A stretch of DNA of 64,000 nucleotides from a virus: the IMG/VR virus record IMGVR_UViG_3300044733_004754. One strand, written 5' to 3'. A program made the position numbers and the translations under genes. Below the pieces are notes generated by a model that saw only the letters and a program-made list of their open reading frames with translations, ran no database searches and was not told the DNA's origin. Shown here piece after piece: positions 19,514 through 29,281 of the stretch; the first letter of the stretch is position 1; each line of letters begins with the position of its first letter.

Positions 19514-20262
19514 TATCGATAAATGTCACGTATTATAATGAACCACATTTCCTCAAGTGGTGGTACGAGGCCATGTTACGTATGGAAGATCAACAATGTC
19601 CTTACATTCTTAATATTGGTGACGATGGATCAATGCGTGATCCGGCAATAAATTTCTTTGAAAAGAATCCACCAACAAAAAACATGCGTTTGTTTCGTGT
19701 GAAAGAGGATATTGGTTTCAATTCCCACGGTACACGTAACTTGTTAATGCGAGAAACCACAACAGATTGGAATTTAAATTCTGACATCGATAGACGCTAT
19801 CCCGACACTACCCTTCGTTCAATTCATAAGAACGAAAAGAATCTGAAACCGAGTTTATATTATTCCTTTTGGGAAAAAATACAATCTTCTCATGATAGAT
19901 TTTCTGTGAATGAATATCTTGTTCATAAAGAAACTTTTTGGAAGACAGGTGGCTACGATGAAGAATTTGTAAATATTCATTTTGGTGATCGCTATTTTCT
20001 TGATGCATTAAGAAGGGTCGCTAAGAGAAAAAAGATCGATTTTTGGCACGTTAAATATGTACGCGGTGCTCGTGACGTTACATGGACAGATGTGCCATTT
20101 ACTATATACCCCGATGATAAGACGCTTATACATCCTAATGATAGATGGGCTAATGAAGAGTTTCGTTTTGCATTAAAGAAATTCGTCCAAGATAGAAACA
20201 AGACGCACGAAGGTCGTATGTCTAAGAAAGTTATCAACTTCGAATGGGAACGGATTTTCTAG
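19510..20262 (+). CDS. glycosyltransferase (GT-A fold)
   Basis: TYYN, DDGS, RN, DID, GGYDEEF. Confidence 0.8.
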   Translation: MISINVTYYNEPHFLKWWYEAMLRMEDQQCPYILNIGDDGSMRDPAINFFEKNPPTKNMRLFRVKEDIGFNSHGTRNLLMRETTTDWNLNSDIDRRYPDTTLRSIHKNEKNLKPSLYYSFWEKIQSSHDRFSVNEYLVHKETFWKTGGYDEEFVNIHFGDRYFLDALRRVAKRKKIDFWHVKYVRGARDVTWTDVPFTIYPDDKTLIHPNDRWANEEFRFALKKFVQDRNKTHEGRMSKKVINFEWERIF

Positions 20263-20265
20263 CAC

Positions 20266-21432
20266 ATGGCTCCACCAATTAAAACCGAGGTTCAAGACGC
20301 AACAATAGGGTTAGGGTATATTGGTGAAACAATACTACAGTGTGCGATTGCAGCACGTTTACAAATTAGAAACAGGTCAATCACAGCCAGCGATGTTGTA
20401 GAAAAAATTCGTGATTTTGTTGAGGAGCGGAAAGGTAAAAATTGGAATCCTCCGCTGGGTAGTCGTAAAACAAAAATGATAACACGTGAACTCAGCTACT
20501 ATGCTGTCAACATGAATATAGCAGGAAAAGACCAAGTCGTTAACTACTTGTCGCTAAACAAAACAGCATATGACTTTCTTCAGTCAAATAGACTAACTCT
20601 CACGAAACGCAAAGATACACGTCGTCTGATAGACGATTCTGTTAGGTATGTAAACAGCCGTGAACCAAAAGAGCATGCTGAATATTTCTATACAAACGGT
20701 TTCATAGATCTACTTGAAATCGTGTCTTTGGGCGTGATAGGACAACAAAAAGATGTTAGCGGTGACATATTAACAAAAGCTGATATTAAGACGTCGTATC
20801 GTGAAGGGTATGTACCAGGTAAACGTAATAGTGGTACCCTTAAAGATTTTAACTTAAATTTATCTGTAAAAATACGTGGTGAAAAACAATTTGGTCAGGT
20901 GAGTGGTTTTGATGGTAGTAGAATGAACATATTTGCTTCTTCTGTAGGTGTAAAGTTAAGTCCAGGCGTAATCAATCAGATTAACGAAATAGCCAAAACA
21001 GTCCCAAAAAGTGATATTACTCGCGATGCTGTTGAGAAAGCACATAGACAAGCTATGGCAATAGTGTATCCTTTCATTGCTGAACAGATAAATCAAGGTC
21101 GGGTAGGGTTTGATACATTCATAGATGGTATCTTTAACTTTATAGCTCTTCGCGACCCATCCGTTAGCATTATTGATATTGGCTCCGGGTATAAAAGATA
21201 CGTTACACAAAAGCTATCATATATTAAGGACGCTTCCGTAGGGTATCAAAGAAGGTTGCGAGCTGTATCCACCGAAACAGGAACAGGTAACTGGAACTTG
21301 AATGTATATGTTGATAATAATCAAGGTTCTCAATACGTTGTAAAGTTGTCATCGCGGACGATTGGAACGATAGCAAGGAACTATATTACTTCGGGGATCG
21401 TGTTGCGAAAATGGTTAGCGGAATTAGAGTAA
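20266..21432 (+). CDS. hypothetical protein, possible PD-(D/E)XK nuclease fold
   Basis: Basic 388 aa; TKADI...LSVK..QFGQVSG. Confidence 0.45.
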   Translation: MAPPIKTEVQDATIGLGYIGETILQCAIAARLQIRNRSITASDVVEKIRDFVEERKGKNWNPPLGSRKTKMITRELSYYAVNMNIAGKDQVVNYLSLNKTAYDFLQSNRLTLTKRKDTRRLIDDSVRYVNSREPKEHAEYFYTNGFIDLLEIVSLGVIGQQKDVSGDILTKADIKTSYREGYVPGKRNSGTLKDFNLNLSVKIRGEKQFGQVSGFDGSRMNIFASSVGVKLSPGVINQINEIAKTVPKSDITRDAVEKAHRQAMAIVYPFIAEQINQGRVGFDTFIDGIFNFIALRDPSVSIIDIGSGYKRYVTQKLSYIKDASVGYQRRLRAVSTETGTGNWNLNVYVDNNQGSQYVVKLSSRTIGTIARNYITSGIVLRKWLAELE

Positions 21433-21451
21433 AACCACAAGAAAGACCATA

Positions 21452-21643
21452 ATGTTTCTTTTTGAAAAAAGTACGACTGTGTTCCTCCTATCGTATTTGG
21501 ACGCTACTCAGAAGTTAATCAGTTTCTCACTAGAAACAATACCACACTCAGCCCCTCTTATCTTAAATCTAGCAACGCTTCAGATGACTATAAGTGTCAC
21601 TTCTGACCTGCTATTAGAGTCACTAAAAAATTCAAATACGTAG
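21452..21643 (+). CDS. hypothetical protein
   Basis: 63-aa ORF filling the gap; weak RBS. Confidence 0.35.
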   Translation: MFLFEKSTTVFLLSYLDATQKLISFSLETIPHSAPLILNLATLQMTISVTSDLLLESLKNSNT

Positions 21644-21655
21644 TAATTGTAGGTT

Positions 21656-21663
21656 TATAAATA
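21656..21663 (+). promoter_or_regulatory. T4 late promoter TATAAATA
   Basis: Exact consensus before ORF 21702. Confidence 0.75.
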
Positions 21664-21701
21664 CATCCAGAGTTAGGCTAAGGTAAACCTCTGAGGTATA
21701 C

Positions 21702-23048
21702 ATGGAAAAAAATAAAAAGAAAAACAACGGCAAAAAAGTTGTCGTTGATAAAAGTAATTCAAAATCACAGATCATTCTCAATCCTCCAGAAAAAGAGAAT
21801 CCTGCTCCTTATAAAGAGCAATTTCTCAACGCTTTGAATAAACATCGTGTCTCGCTCGAGGAAAGAACAAAGATAGTTCTCACTGCCAAGTCTGTACAGA
21901 TGGGTGTTCCTGCTTTTGTTTTAGAACAAGTATACCTCCGTGGCGCCAAATCATTGCCTGATAACTGTAATCTTACACGTGAACAATACGCAATGAATCG
22001 TGTTAATTCATTCATTGCTGGAGGCGCAGCTTTGAAAGAAGATTCTGATTTACTACCTATTTTTGAACGCATTGGTATGAAAGGAACTGGTGGTGCTGGT
22101 CGTCCTCATATCAAACGCGAAGTCAATCCATACAACCGTAAAATTGTGTTTCATGTTGTTGATGCAAAAGGTCGTGTGAAACATACTACAACTGATGAAA
22201 TGGCAGCAAAGCGTCACTTAGCATCGAAATATCAATCGTATATGGAAATGACCGAGAATCCTGCTAAGAGATTTGAAGGTACAAAGAGCCTTGTTAAAAC
22301 GTACAAAGACGATACACCTGGCGAACAAAAGGAAGAGAAGATGAAAGGTAAAGATCCCTGCTGGAAAGGATATGAAATGGTTGGCCAGAAACTCAAGGCA
22401 GGCCGCAAAGTACCTAACTGCGTTCCAAAGAATGAAGAAGTTATCAATGAGGGTGAAGGTATTGTAACTCCAAGAAAAACAAGAGCGTCTTTTTTACCTC
22501 CTGCTCCAGGAACATACGCTCATGCTCTTAAAAGTGGTGAGTATGCAAAGTATGGCTTCACCAAATCCGGAAAGGAAACCGCAGCTAAAAAGCGCGAAGG
22601 AATGAAGAAAGAAGAAGTTGAGCAGGTTGATGAAGCTCATTTCAGAAACCAAGGCTTTCTAGGTGCTAATGCTAAGAGAGCATTTCGAAGTGCAGAACTT
22701 GCACATGAACTAGGTCACGAAGATAGAGGAAAAAAATCAAGTGACCCGCGCCGCGACGCTGTAATAAAATCGTATAACGAAAAACCACATGATGTTCACA
22801 TCAACGGTAAAAAATGGAAGACATTTGGATCATTCAGTCATGCACATAACGTAGCCAAAAAAATTAAAGGTGCTACCGTGCATGTTTCAGAAGAGTTAGC
22901 AATGGAACAAATGAACACAAAAAAGCATGTTCGTTCTGGTGATCCAAACAAATCTGGTACATTTGAGCGTCAACCAGATGGAAGATTCAAGATGGTATCG
23001 AAGCTTGATGCTCTCAAGCAGCGACTCAAAGCTAAACACCAAAAGTAA
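21702..23048 (+). CDS. modular basic protein, putative head-internal polyprotein
   Basis: EQYAMNRVNSF, PCWKGYEMVG..KVPNCVP modules separated by EEVINE and EEVEQVDE linkers. Confidence 0.65.
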   Translation: MEKNKKKNNGKKVVVDKSNSKSQIILNPPEKENPAPYKEQFLNALNKHRVSLEERTKIVLTAKSVQMGVPAFVLEQVYLRGAKSLPDNCNLTREQYAMNRVNSFIAGGAALKEDSDLLPIFERIGMKGTGGAGRPHIKREVNPYNRKIVFHVVDAKGRVKHTTTDEMAAKRHLASKYQSYMEMTENPAKRFEGTKSLVKTYKDDTPGEQKEEKMKGKDPCWKGYEMVGQKLKAGRKVPNCVPKNEEVINEGEGIVTPRKTRASFLPPAPGTYAHALKSGEYAKYGFTKSGKETAAKKREGMKKEEVEQVDEAHFRNQGFLGANAKRAFRSAELAHELGHEDRGKKSSDPRRDAVIKSYNEKPHDVHINGKKWKTFGSFSHAHNVAKKIKGATVHVSEELAMEQMNTKKHVRSGDPNKSGTFERQPDGRFKMVSKLDALKQRLKAKHQK

Positions 23049-23057
23049 GAAAACAAC

Positions 23058-23360
23058 ATGCAGTCATTTAAAAATTTTTTGCTTGTTGAGTACAAAACAC
23101 CTGCATGGTCACGCCGTGAAGGCAAGAACCCTGAGGGTGGTTTGAATCGTAAAGGTATTGCTTCTTATCGTGCTGCAAATCCTGGTTCAAAATTATCGAT
23201 GGCTGTTACGACAAAACCTTCCAAGTTAAAACCTGGAAGTAAGGCTGCCAATCGTCGCAAATCATTCTGTGCACGGATGAGTGGCGTTGATGGACCAATG
23301 AAGAAACCAAACGGTGAGCCTACTCGTAAGGCTCTCGCACTAAGAAAATGGAATTGCTAA
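23058..23360 (+). CDS. basic virion-type protein (DUF6321-like)
   Basis: N-terminal MQSFKNFLLVE; GGLN..G, RRKSFCARM, ALRKWNC. Confidence 0.7.
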   Translation: MQSFKNFLLVEYKTPAWSRREGKNPEGGLNRKGIASYRAANPGSKLSMAVTTKPSKLKPGSKAANRRKSFCARMSGVDGPMKKPNGEPTRKALALRKWNC

Positions 23361-23361
23361 T

Positions 23362-23808
23362 ATGGAAGAACTCATTCAACAGATGAAAGTATATCTTGCA
23401 GACAACGTTGCATTTGGTATGAAGGCACAACAATACCACTGGAATGTTGAAGGAGATGATTTTCCTCAGTACCACACATTCTTAGGTAATCTATACGAAG
23501 AAGTCAATAGTGTAACAGATCAGATTGGTGAGCATATTCGTACGCTGGATGCATACGCTCCTCTTTCTTTCAGAAGACTACTTGAACTAACAAGTATTGA
23601 AGAGACAGATGTAGCTCCTGGAAGAATGGTTATGATACGTAACCTGTACAGTGACAATAACAAAGTTCTGTCTTCGATTATGGAGGCATATAGGCTTGCA
23701 GAAAGATACAATGAATTGGGATTGTCTAATTTTCTACAAGATCGAATAACAGCACATAAAAAACATCAGTGGATGCTACGCTCTATTCTGAAAGAAGAAC
23801 AACAATGA
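23362..23808 (+). CDS. dps: Dps/ferritin-like protein
   Basis: HWNVEG..F.QYH.FLG.LYEE, D.IGE.IR, HKKHQWML. Confidence 0.9.
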   Translation: MEELIQQMKVYLADNVAFGMKAQQYHWNVEGDDFPQYHTFLGNLYEEVNSVTDQIGEHIRTLDAYAPLSFRRLLELTSIEETDVAPGRMVMIRNLYSDNNKVLSSIMEAYRLAERYNELGLSNFLQDRITAHKKHQWMLRSILKEEQQ

Positions 23809-24011
23809 CCTACAGAAGTCTTTCTACCATCATACGAGAATTGCGTGAGAAACGAGAAAATCAATCGCAGTACAGATCTCTAACTCATGCTGCTAGATCG
23901 ATCTATAACAGACAGATTACGCCCGCATCTTCTGAACCAACAGAACAAGAGCTTGCACATATTCAAAATATTAAACAACAAGTGAAACTTAAAATAATCG
24001 ACAATCCCTAA
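23805..24011 (+). CDS. hypothetical protein
   Basis: YRSL twice; ATGA overlap. Confidence 0.6.
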   Translation: MTYRSLSTIIRELREKRENQSQYRSLTHAARSIYNRQITPASSEPTEQELAHIQNIKQQVKLKIIDNP

Positions 24012-24021
24012 GGAGAAACAA

Positions 24022-24939
24022 ATGATTAAAGATTTATCCCAGAGCCTTGTGGCTGCTGTAAACGAGATCAACAAAAAATCTCGTGAGCAGTATATTACAG
24101 AACGTAATGCTTTGAATGAAAAAATGGCTGCGAAAGCCATGAAGATGCCCAAGCAACCTGAGCCTAAAGCTGACCCTGCCGCTCATACGGGTGCTGCTGG
24201 TATGGCAAAGAAAAACATGGGCGAAGCTGCAGAAGGCTCGACTCCACGTAATGCTAAAGAAAAAGAGCTTGCTAAGCTACATGGTAACCCAAACAAAATT
24301 ACTCATGGCGATGTTCTGAAGGGCCGTGGAGTAGTTCGTAAAGAAGCATGGGAAGACATGCTGAAAGCTGTGAAGGAAAAAGGTACAGGCAAATTTGACA
24401 AGAAAGAGACGAAGCCTGGTGTAACTCGTTATACCCGCAAATCCTCAACCTATGATGATGGTGGCCAGGACAAGGATATGAAACTAGCTAACGATAAACG
24501 TAAGATGTATATCCGTTCAAACGAAGAAGTACAGCAAGTTGACGAGCTTAGCTATGAAACTCTTGATAGATACAAACGTGCTGCTAGAAAAGATATGTAT
24601 AAAATGCAAGGACCTGATGGTAAACCTTCAGAGAAGAATAAAGAAAAACATGCCAAGCGAGTGGCTGGTTATAGAAAGGCATGGCATAAACAAGAAGATA
24701 TGAAAGAGAACAAAGATACACCAGGAAACAGCACACACCAGTGCGCTATCCATGTTAAGTCTGAACAGTATGGCGAAGGTAAAACTCTTACAAGCCAGCA
24801 CGCAGAACCAGATCAGAATGGACATATTGAGTGGTATGATGTAATGTTTGCTGAGGGTATCAAGCGCGTTATGACCTCGGATATCGAGGTGCTTGTGTCC
24901 GAAGGCCACATGAACCACAAGAAAAAAGGAAAAATGTAA
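24022..24939 (+). CDS. putative prohead core/internal protein
   Basis: AAGGAG RBS; K/E-rich; EEVQQVDELS module; HQCAIHV...WYDVMF domain. Confidence 0.65.
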   Translation: MIKDLSQSLVAAVNEINKKSREQYITERNALNEKMAAKAMKMPKQPEPKADPAAHTGAAGMAKKNMGEAAEGSTPRNAKEKELAKLHGNPNKITHGDVLKGRGVVRKEAWEDMLKAVKEKGTGKFDKKETKPGVTRYTRKSSTYDDGGQDKDMKLANDKRKMYIRSNEEVQQVDELSYETLDRYKRAARKDMYKMQGPDGKPSEKNKEKHAKRVAGYRKAWHKQEDMKENKDTPGNSTHQCAIHVKSEQYGEGKTLTSQHAEPDQNGHIEWYDVMFAEGIKRVMTSDIEVLVSEGHMNHKKKGKM

Positions 24940-25598
24940 TGAAAAAGGATCTTAACGAGCTGTCGCGGACAGGTATTCTTTCTCGTTATATCAGCAAAGC
25001 TCGCACTCAGGCAAATAGTCCTGGAACGTCAACACGTACAGCTTTGAAAAGAGAGCGTGGTATTGACCTCGCTCGTAAAAAGAAATGGGGTGGTATTGAG
25101 GATATGCCTGGTAAGCCTGCTAAAGTTGTGGGGACAAGTATGAAAAAAGAAGAGGCTGAACAAATTGATGAACTTAGTGTTGATGCTCTTGAAAGATATA
25201 AACGCAAAGCTGGCGAACAAATGAAACAAAACACTGATGCCACAGCTACTCATGATCGTGTAGCAAAGCCAGGTAAAGAAAAAGTTGTTGCTAAAAGAAT
25301 TGCAGGACGTAGTTTAGCTACTCATAAACAAGTTCAACAAATGTATAAACAAATGAATAAAGAAGAATATGGGGATGTTAGTATGAAATCATTCAATCAG
25401 TTTATTGCAGAAGCAGCCACTAAAGTACATCCTAATGCTATCCACGTATCGGATGCTGGTGCTGGTAAGTATAAGGTTCATGCCGTAGGTAGTGAGCATG
25501 CAGACCGTATCAAAGTTGGTGAACACCTCACCGACACGGAGCTGGATGATTTTTCGGAAATGGGTGGCAAAATTAAGAATGTGAAAGCTAAGGATTAA
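24939..25598 (+). CDS. putative head-internal protein
   Basis: Two ELS..L.RY modules and internal MKSFNQFIAE. Confidence 0.65.
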   Translation: MKKDLNELSRTGILSRYISKARTQANSPGTSTRTALKRERGIDLARKKKWGGIEDMPGKPAKVVGTSMKKEEAEQIDELSVDALERYKRKAGEQMKQNTDATATHDRVAKPGKEKVVAKRIAGRSLATHKQVQQMYKQMNKEEYGDVSMKSFNQFIAEAATKVHPNAIHVSDAGAGKYKVHAVGSEHADRIKVGEHLTDTELDDFSEMGGKIKNVKAKD

Positions 25599-25599
25599 A

Positions 25600-25890
25600 A
25601 TGCCATTCCTACCTGCTCTTGGATCGAGGCTTGTTGTTGGAGGTGAGGATCAGAAGTATGAACCTGTACCAGAGAAGGTTGCTCAGCAAAGAACTGAGCA
25701 ACGTTCTCCAACGACTGTTGTTGTTATTGGTGAGCAGGTTCCAAAAACATTGCATGAACACGTCTTTAAATATCAACGCGCTCCTCGAGGTGAGGTTGTT
25801 CAAGCCAAAAACACGACGTCAACAAATAACAAGAGACCACAAAAAACCTCTCAATATAAAAGAGACTTGTTGACTTCTAAAGAGTCATAA
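25600..25890 (+). CDS. hypothetical protein
   Basis: AAGGA RBS, 96 aa. Confidence 0.6.
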   Translation: MPFLPALGSRLVVGGEDQKYEPVPEKVAQQRTEQRSPTTVVVIGEQVPKTLHEHVFKYQRAPRGEVVQAKNTTSTNNKRPQKTSQYKRDLLTSKES

Positions 25891-25893
25891 ATA
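25886..25893 (+). promoter_or_regulatory. late promoter-like CATAAATA
   Basis: Before AAGGAG RBS of ORF 25920. Confidence 0.6.
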
Positions 25894-25919
25894 TCACTAA
25901 ACATCTCAAGGAGATAAAA

Positions 25920-26792
25920 ATGCCATTATGGGGATTAAACGATACTGCTTCTAACAGCGTAATTTGGGCACCATCGCAAGTTGGTAACGCTCCTACGCGT
26001 GCACAAGCTAATCTTTTGTATGGAAATACAACACCAAACGCATACTTCAATGGTGTGACTGTTGGTATGTTCGCTTCTGACACAGCAGAAACTGCAGCAA
26101 CAGGTAGTGGTGTTGCAGAGATTGTTATTACGTCAGCAGGTTCGGGTTATACGGCTAATGCAGTTGTTACCATTACATCGAGTGCTGGTGTTAGCGCAAC
26201 AGCCAACGCTCAAGCAAACGCAACAGGCCGTATTGCTACCATTAACATTACTGAAGTTGGTTATGGCTACACACAGACACCAACCGTAACTGTTGCAGCA
26301 CCTGCAGCGCTTACTTTCTCGGGCAATTCAACAGGCGTTGTTGTCGGTAATAGCACGGTCAAGGGCTTTATCCTTCTCGGTACAGCAAACGTTGCATTGC
26401 TTGCAAACGGCGATACAGTTACATATCTTGTTGGTACTAGTAACACAGCGATTGGTGGACTTGCAAACAACACCACGTATTTTGTGACTGTTGCCAATTC
26501 CACGGCCATTCAGCTATCTGCTGACCAAGAAGACTATAACGGCGGTGTGTTTATTAACTTAGCGTCTGTCGGTACAGGTGCACAGGCAGGCCATAGTCTG
26601 ACAGGTCAAACAGCCGTTGCCGTTGCTTCGTTATCTGGCGGTAAGAACAAAGGTATTACAGCTGGCTGGAATATTCGTACAGTTGGTACAGGTGGCCGTG
26701 CTGGTCGTGTTACATATGAATGTCTTGTTGCAACGCGTAACATTTCTGGCGATGGCTCTGACGATAGACAGCTCCCTGATTCTGAAGCATAA
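25920..26792 (+). CDS. virion structural protein (A/T/G/V-rich beta protein)
   Basis: MPLWG start, GSGYT repeats, GRAGRVTYECLVA end. Confidence 0.75.
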   Translation: MPLWGLNDTASNSVIWAPSQVGNAPTRAQANLLYGNTTPNAYFNGVTVGMFASDTAETAATGSGVAEIVITSAGSGYTANAVVTITSSAGVSATANAQANATGRIATINITEVGYGYTQTPTVTVAAPAALTFSGNSTGVVVGNSTVKGFILLGTANVALLANGDTVTYLVGTSNTAIGGLANNTTYFVTVANSTAIQLSADQEDYNGGVFINLASVGTGAQAGHSLTGQTAVAVASLSGGKNKGITAGWNIRTVGTGGRAGRVTYECLVATRNISGDGSDDRQLPDSEA

Positions 26793-26796
26793 TTAA

Positions 26797-27366
26797 ATGG
26801 TCGATCGCGCTAAAAAAATTAGTGAACTTCCAGCAGCAACGACGGTAGCAAATACAGATTTTGTTATCGTCGTTGCTAACACCTCTGGTACGGCGAACAC
26901 AAAGCGCATCACTGCCAATAACTTCCGTAACAGCTTACTTACGTCGTTCACATCGAATACCGTAACCATTACAACGCTAACAACATCCAATACAACTGCT
27001 AACAACCTTGTAGCAACAACGATATCGGCCGATGATGTAACGTGTACAGGTAATGTGTATTTGGGCGTTGTTCAATCAAATGCAGCCCAATTGATACACA
27101 TTCATGGCACTATTCACTCAAACATAGAGCCCCATACACCAAACAATTACGAAATAGGCAATACCTCACATTATTGGGGTGCTATTCATATCAAAACTGT
27201 AAAGTTTGCTGATGGCACGTCACAGAATACAACGTTTAAATGGAGTAGTGTTCCAGCTAATTCAACAGCAAATGGAACGACAGGTCAGGTTGCATTTGAT
27301 TCAGATTATGTGTACGTGTGTGTTACAACAAACACATGGAAGAGGTTATCACTAGGTACTTATTGA
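26797..27366 (+). CDS. fibre-like virion protein
   Basis: KISELPAA N-terminus, GTTGQVAFDSDYVYVCV..NTWKR C-terminus. Confidence 0.7.
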   Translation: MVDRAKKISELPAATTVANTDFVIVVANTSGTANTKRITANNFRNSLLTSFTSNTVTITTLTTSNTTANNLVATTISADDVTCTGNVYLGVVQSNAAQLIHIHGTIHSNIEPHTPNNYEIGNTSHYWGAIHIKTVKFADGTSQNTTFKWSSVPANSTANGTTGQVAFDSDYVYVCVTTNTWKRLSLGTY

Positions 27367-27761
27367 TGCAAATTGAAAAACTTGACGAAACAAATTTTTT
27401 ATTATACGCAGCAAAACATTATGATAACCCACACTGTTATGATACGCTTGAGTTTTACGATGATTTGAACAGATTCAAATATATAAAGAGATTATTCAAT
27501 CGTTATGAAGAAACTGGTGAGTTGAAAGAACGGTTAATCATCAACCATTTAACCGTTCTCTATAATATTTTTGGGGTTGAGGCAGCAACAAGACTGCTAT
27601 TCTTAAAATTACGCGGACATTATAACTTTCTCAAACCCTTTCTTATGTTGATGGGGTATATGCCTGACGTTGTATATAACATTGGGATTGAGGGCAAGAA
27701 TATTGAGTGTTCAAGTATACCAACGGATGAAAACATCGTTAACATATTACAACAGATATGA
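27366..27761 (+). CDS. conserved T4-like hypothetical protein
   Basis: FLLYAAKHYDNP, DLNRFKYIKRLF, ERLIINH. Confidence 0.75.
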   Translation: MQIEKLDETNFLLYAAKHYDNPHCYDTLEFYDDLNRFKYIKRLFNRYEETGELKERLIINHLTVLYNIFGVEAATRLLFLKLRGHYNFLKPFLMLMGYMPDVVYNIGIEGKNIECSSIPTDENIVNILQQI

Positions 27762-27952
27762 AAACATTTAAACAGTTCTACGCAGAGATGAGTTTTTCAA
27801 CCGGTAGCGTTGCAATCAATGCAGTTGCTGGAGGAAACATTGCAGGAATTGGTTTTGGTCCTGATGGTGAGCCTGGAGGTCGTAAAGCAATTATGACTAA
27901 AAGGATATTAAGAAGGAAGCGCCCAAATGTGGTTAGTAAAGTTCCTACCTGA
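27758..27952 (+). CDS. small putative internal head protein
   Basis: N-terminal MKTFKQFYAE, Gly-rich core, basic tail. Confidence 0.6.
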   Translation: MKTFKQFYAEMSFSTGSVAINAVAGGNIAGIGFGPDGEPGGRKAIMTKRILRRKRPNVVSKVPT

Positions 27953-28376
27953 TTGGTTCTTTTACGGTGTATTGTTTGTTGGTATTGTCGGTCTTGCAGT
28001 CACATACCTACTAAAATTCATACCGTTTCCTCCTTTATATGTGTATAGAACTCCTATACAGCTAGCTGCTGTCGCACTTATTGTGATTGGCACTTTCATG
28101 ATTGGAGCTGTGTGGAATGAAAACGCCTGGAAGGCACGTATAGCCGAGCTCGAGAAGGAAGTAGCTGAAGCTCAAGCAAAATCTGCACAGGTTACCGTCG
28201 AGACAGTAACAAAATATGTTGATAGGACAAAAGTTATAAAAGAAAAGGGAGCGACCGTTGTTCAATATGTAGACAGAGAAATCGTTAAATATGACAACGT
28301 ATGTAAGCTACCCCCAGAAGTATCCAAAGCACACAATGATGCCGCATCTTTTAAGCTGAAAGAGGGGTCTAAATGA
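27927..28376 (+). CDS. inner-membrane spanin (Rz-like)
   Basis: TM helices, coiled coil, C-terminal Cys, HNDAA; precedes lipoprotein and lysin. Confidence 0.7.
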   Translation: MWLVKFLPDWFFYGVLFVGIVGLAVTYLLKFIPFPPLYVYRTPIQLAAVALIVIGTFMIGAVWNENAWKARIAELEKEVAEAQAKSAQVTVETVTKYVDRTKVIKEKGATVVQYVDREIVKYDNVCKLPPEVSKAHNDAASFKLKEGSK

Positions 28377-28648
28377 AGGTCATGCTCTGGTTGAGTCCTC
28401 TATTATTAACAGGTTGTATGGTATCAGCACCCGTTAAACATGCCCTTCCTGATATGCCTGCACTGCTTATAGAGAGATGTGTCGAATTAAAGTTGTTGAA
28501 TGAGAAAGAGGAAAAGTTATCGGAACTCTTAAAAACTGTTACACATAACTATATGATGTACCATGAGTGTGCTACAAAGCATGACCTAATCATTAAGTGG
28601 TATAAAGAGCAAAAACAAATTCACGACGTTATTCACGATAAAAAGTAG
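28373..28648 (+). CDS. outer-membrane spanin lipoprotein (Rz1-like)
   Basis: Lipobox LTGC, Pro-rich, NY..YHEC. Confidence 0.7.
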   Translation: MKVMLWLSPLLLTGCMVSAPVKHALPDMPALLIERCVELKLLNEKEEKLSELLKTVTHNYMMYHECATKHDLIIKWYKEQKQIHDVIHDKK

Positions 28649-28654
28649 GTTACC

Positions 28655-29281
28655 ATGGAACTAACAAAAGAACAACTCAAACAGCTGTTACCAAAGAATC
28701 CTTATATTGATTACTGGCACGCTGCATTAACAAAGTTACTACCTGATTATGATATCAACACATCACAAAGAATCGCTGCATTTATTGCTCAATGCTCGCA
28801 CGAGTCAGCTGGGTTCACTGCCCTCAAAGAGAATTTGAATTATCGTTGGCAAACACTACGTAAACTGTTTCCAAAGTACTTTCCTGACGATGCGATCGCT
28901 CAAGAATACGCTAATAAACCTAACAAGCAAGAGGCAATTGCAAACCGTATCTATGCTAGTCGTATGGGTAATGGGGATGAAGCATCAGGCGATGGGTATC
29001 GTTTCTGTGGACGTGGTTTGATTCAATTGACAGGCCGAAACAATTACACGTTCTTTGCTGGTAGCCTGGATATAACAGTTGAAGAAGCTACAGAGTATCT
29101 GAATACGTTCGAAGGCGCAGCACAATCGGCTTGTTGGTTTTGGGAAACCAACAACCTCAATCAATGGGCAGATAAGGGTGATATTCTGACGCTAACAAAA
29201 AGAATCAATGGTGGAACGATAGGATTAGATGATCGAATCAAACATTATGAACATGCTTTACACGTATTAGGAACACATTAA
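28655..29281 (+). CDS. glycoside hydrolase family 19 endolysin
   Basis: AAFIAQCSHES, GRGLIQLTGRNNY, TKRINGG. Confidence 0.92.
   Translation: MELTKEQLKQLLPKNPYIDYWHAALTKLLPDYDINTSQRIAAFIAQCSHESAGFTALKENLNYRWQTLRKLFPKYFPDDAIAQEYANKPNKQEAIANRIYASRMGNGDEASGDGYRFCGRGLIQLTGRNNYTFFAGSLDITVEEATEYLNTFEGAAQSACWFWETNNLNQWADKGDILTLTKRINGGTIGLDDRIKHYEHALHVLGTH
29231..29281 (+). repeat. lysin 3' end, copy 1 of a diverged 51-bp direct repeat
   Basis: DRIKHYEHALHVLGTH*; 36/51 nt identical to 30430-30480. Confidence 0.85.
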
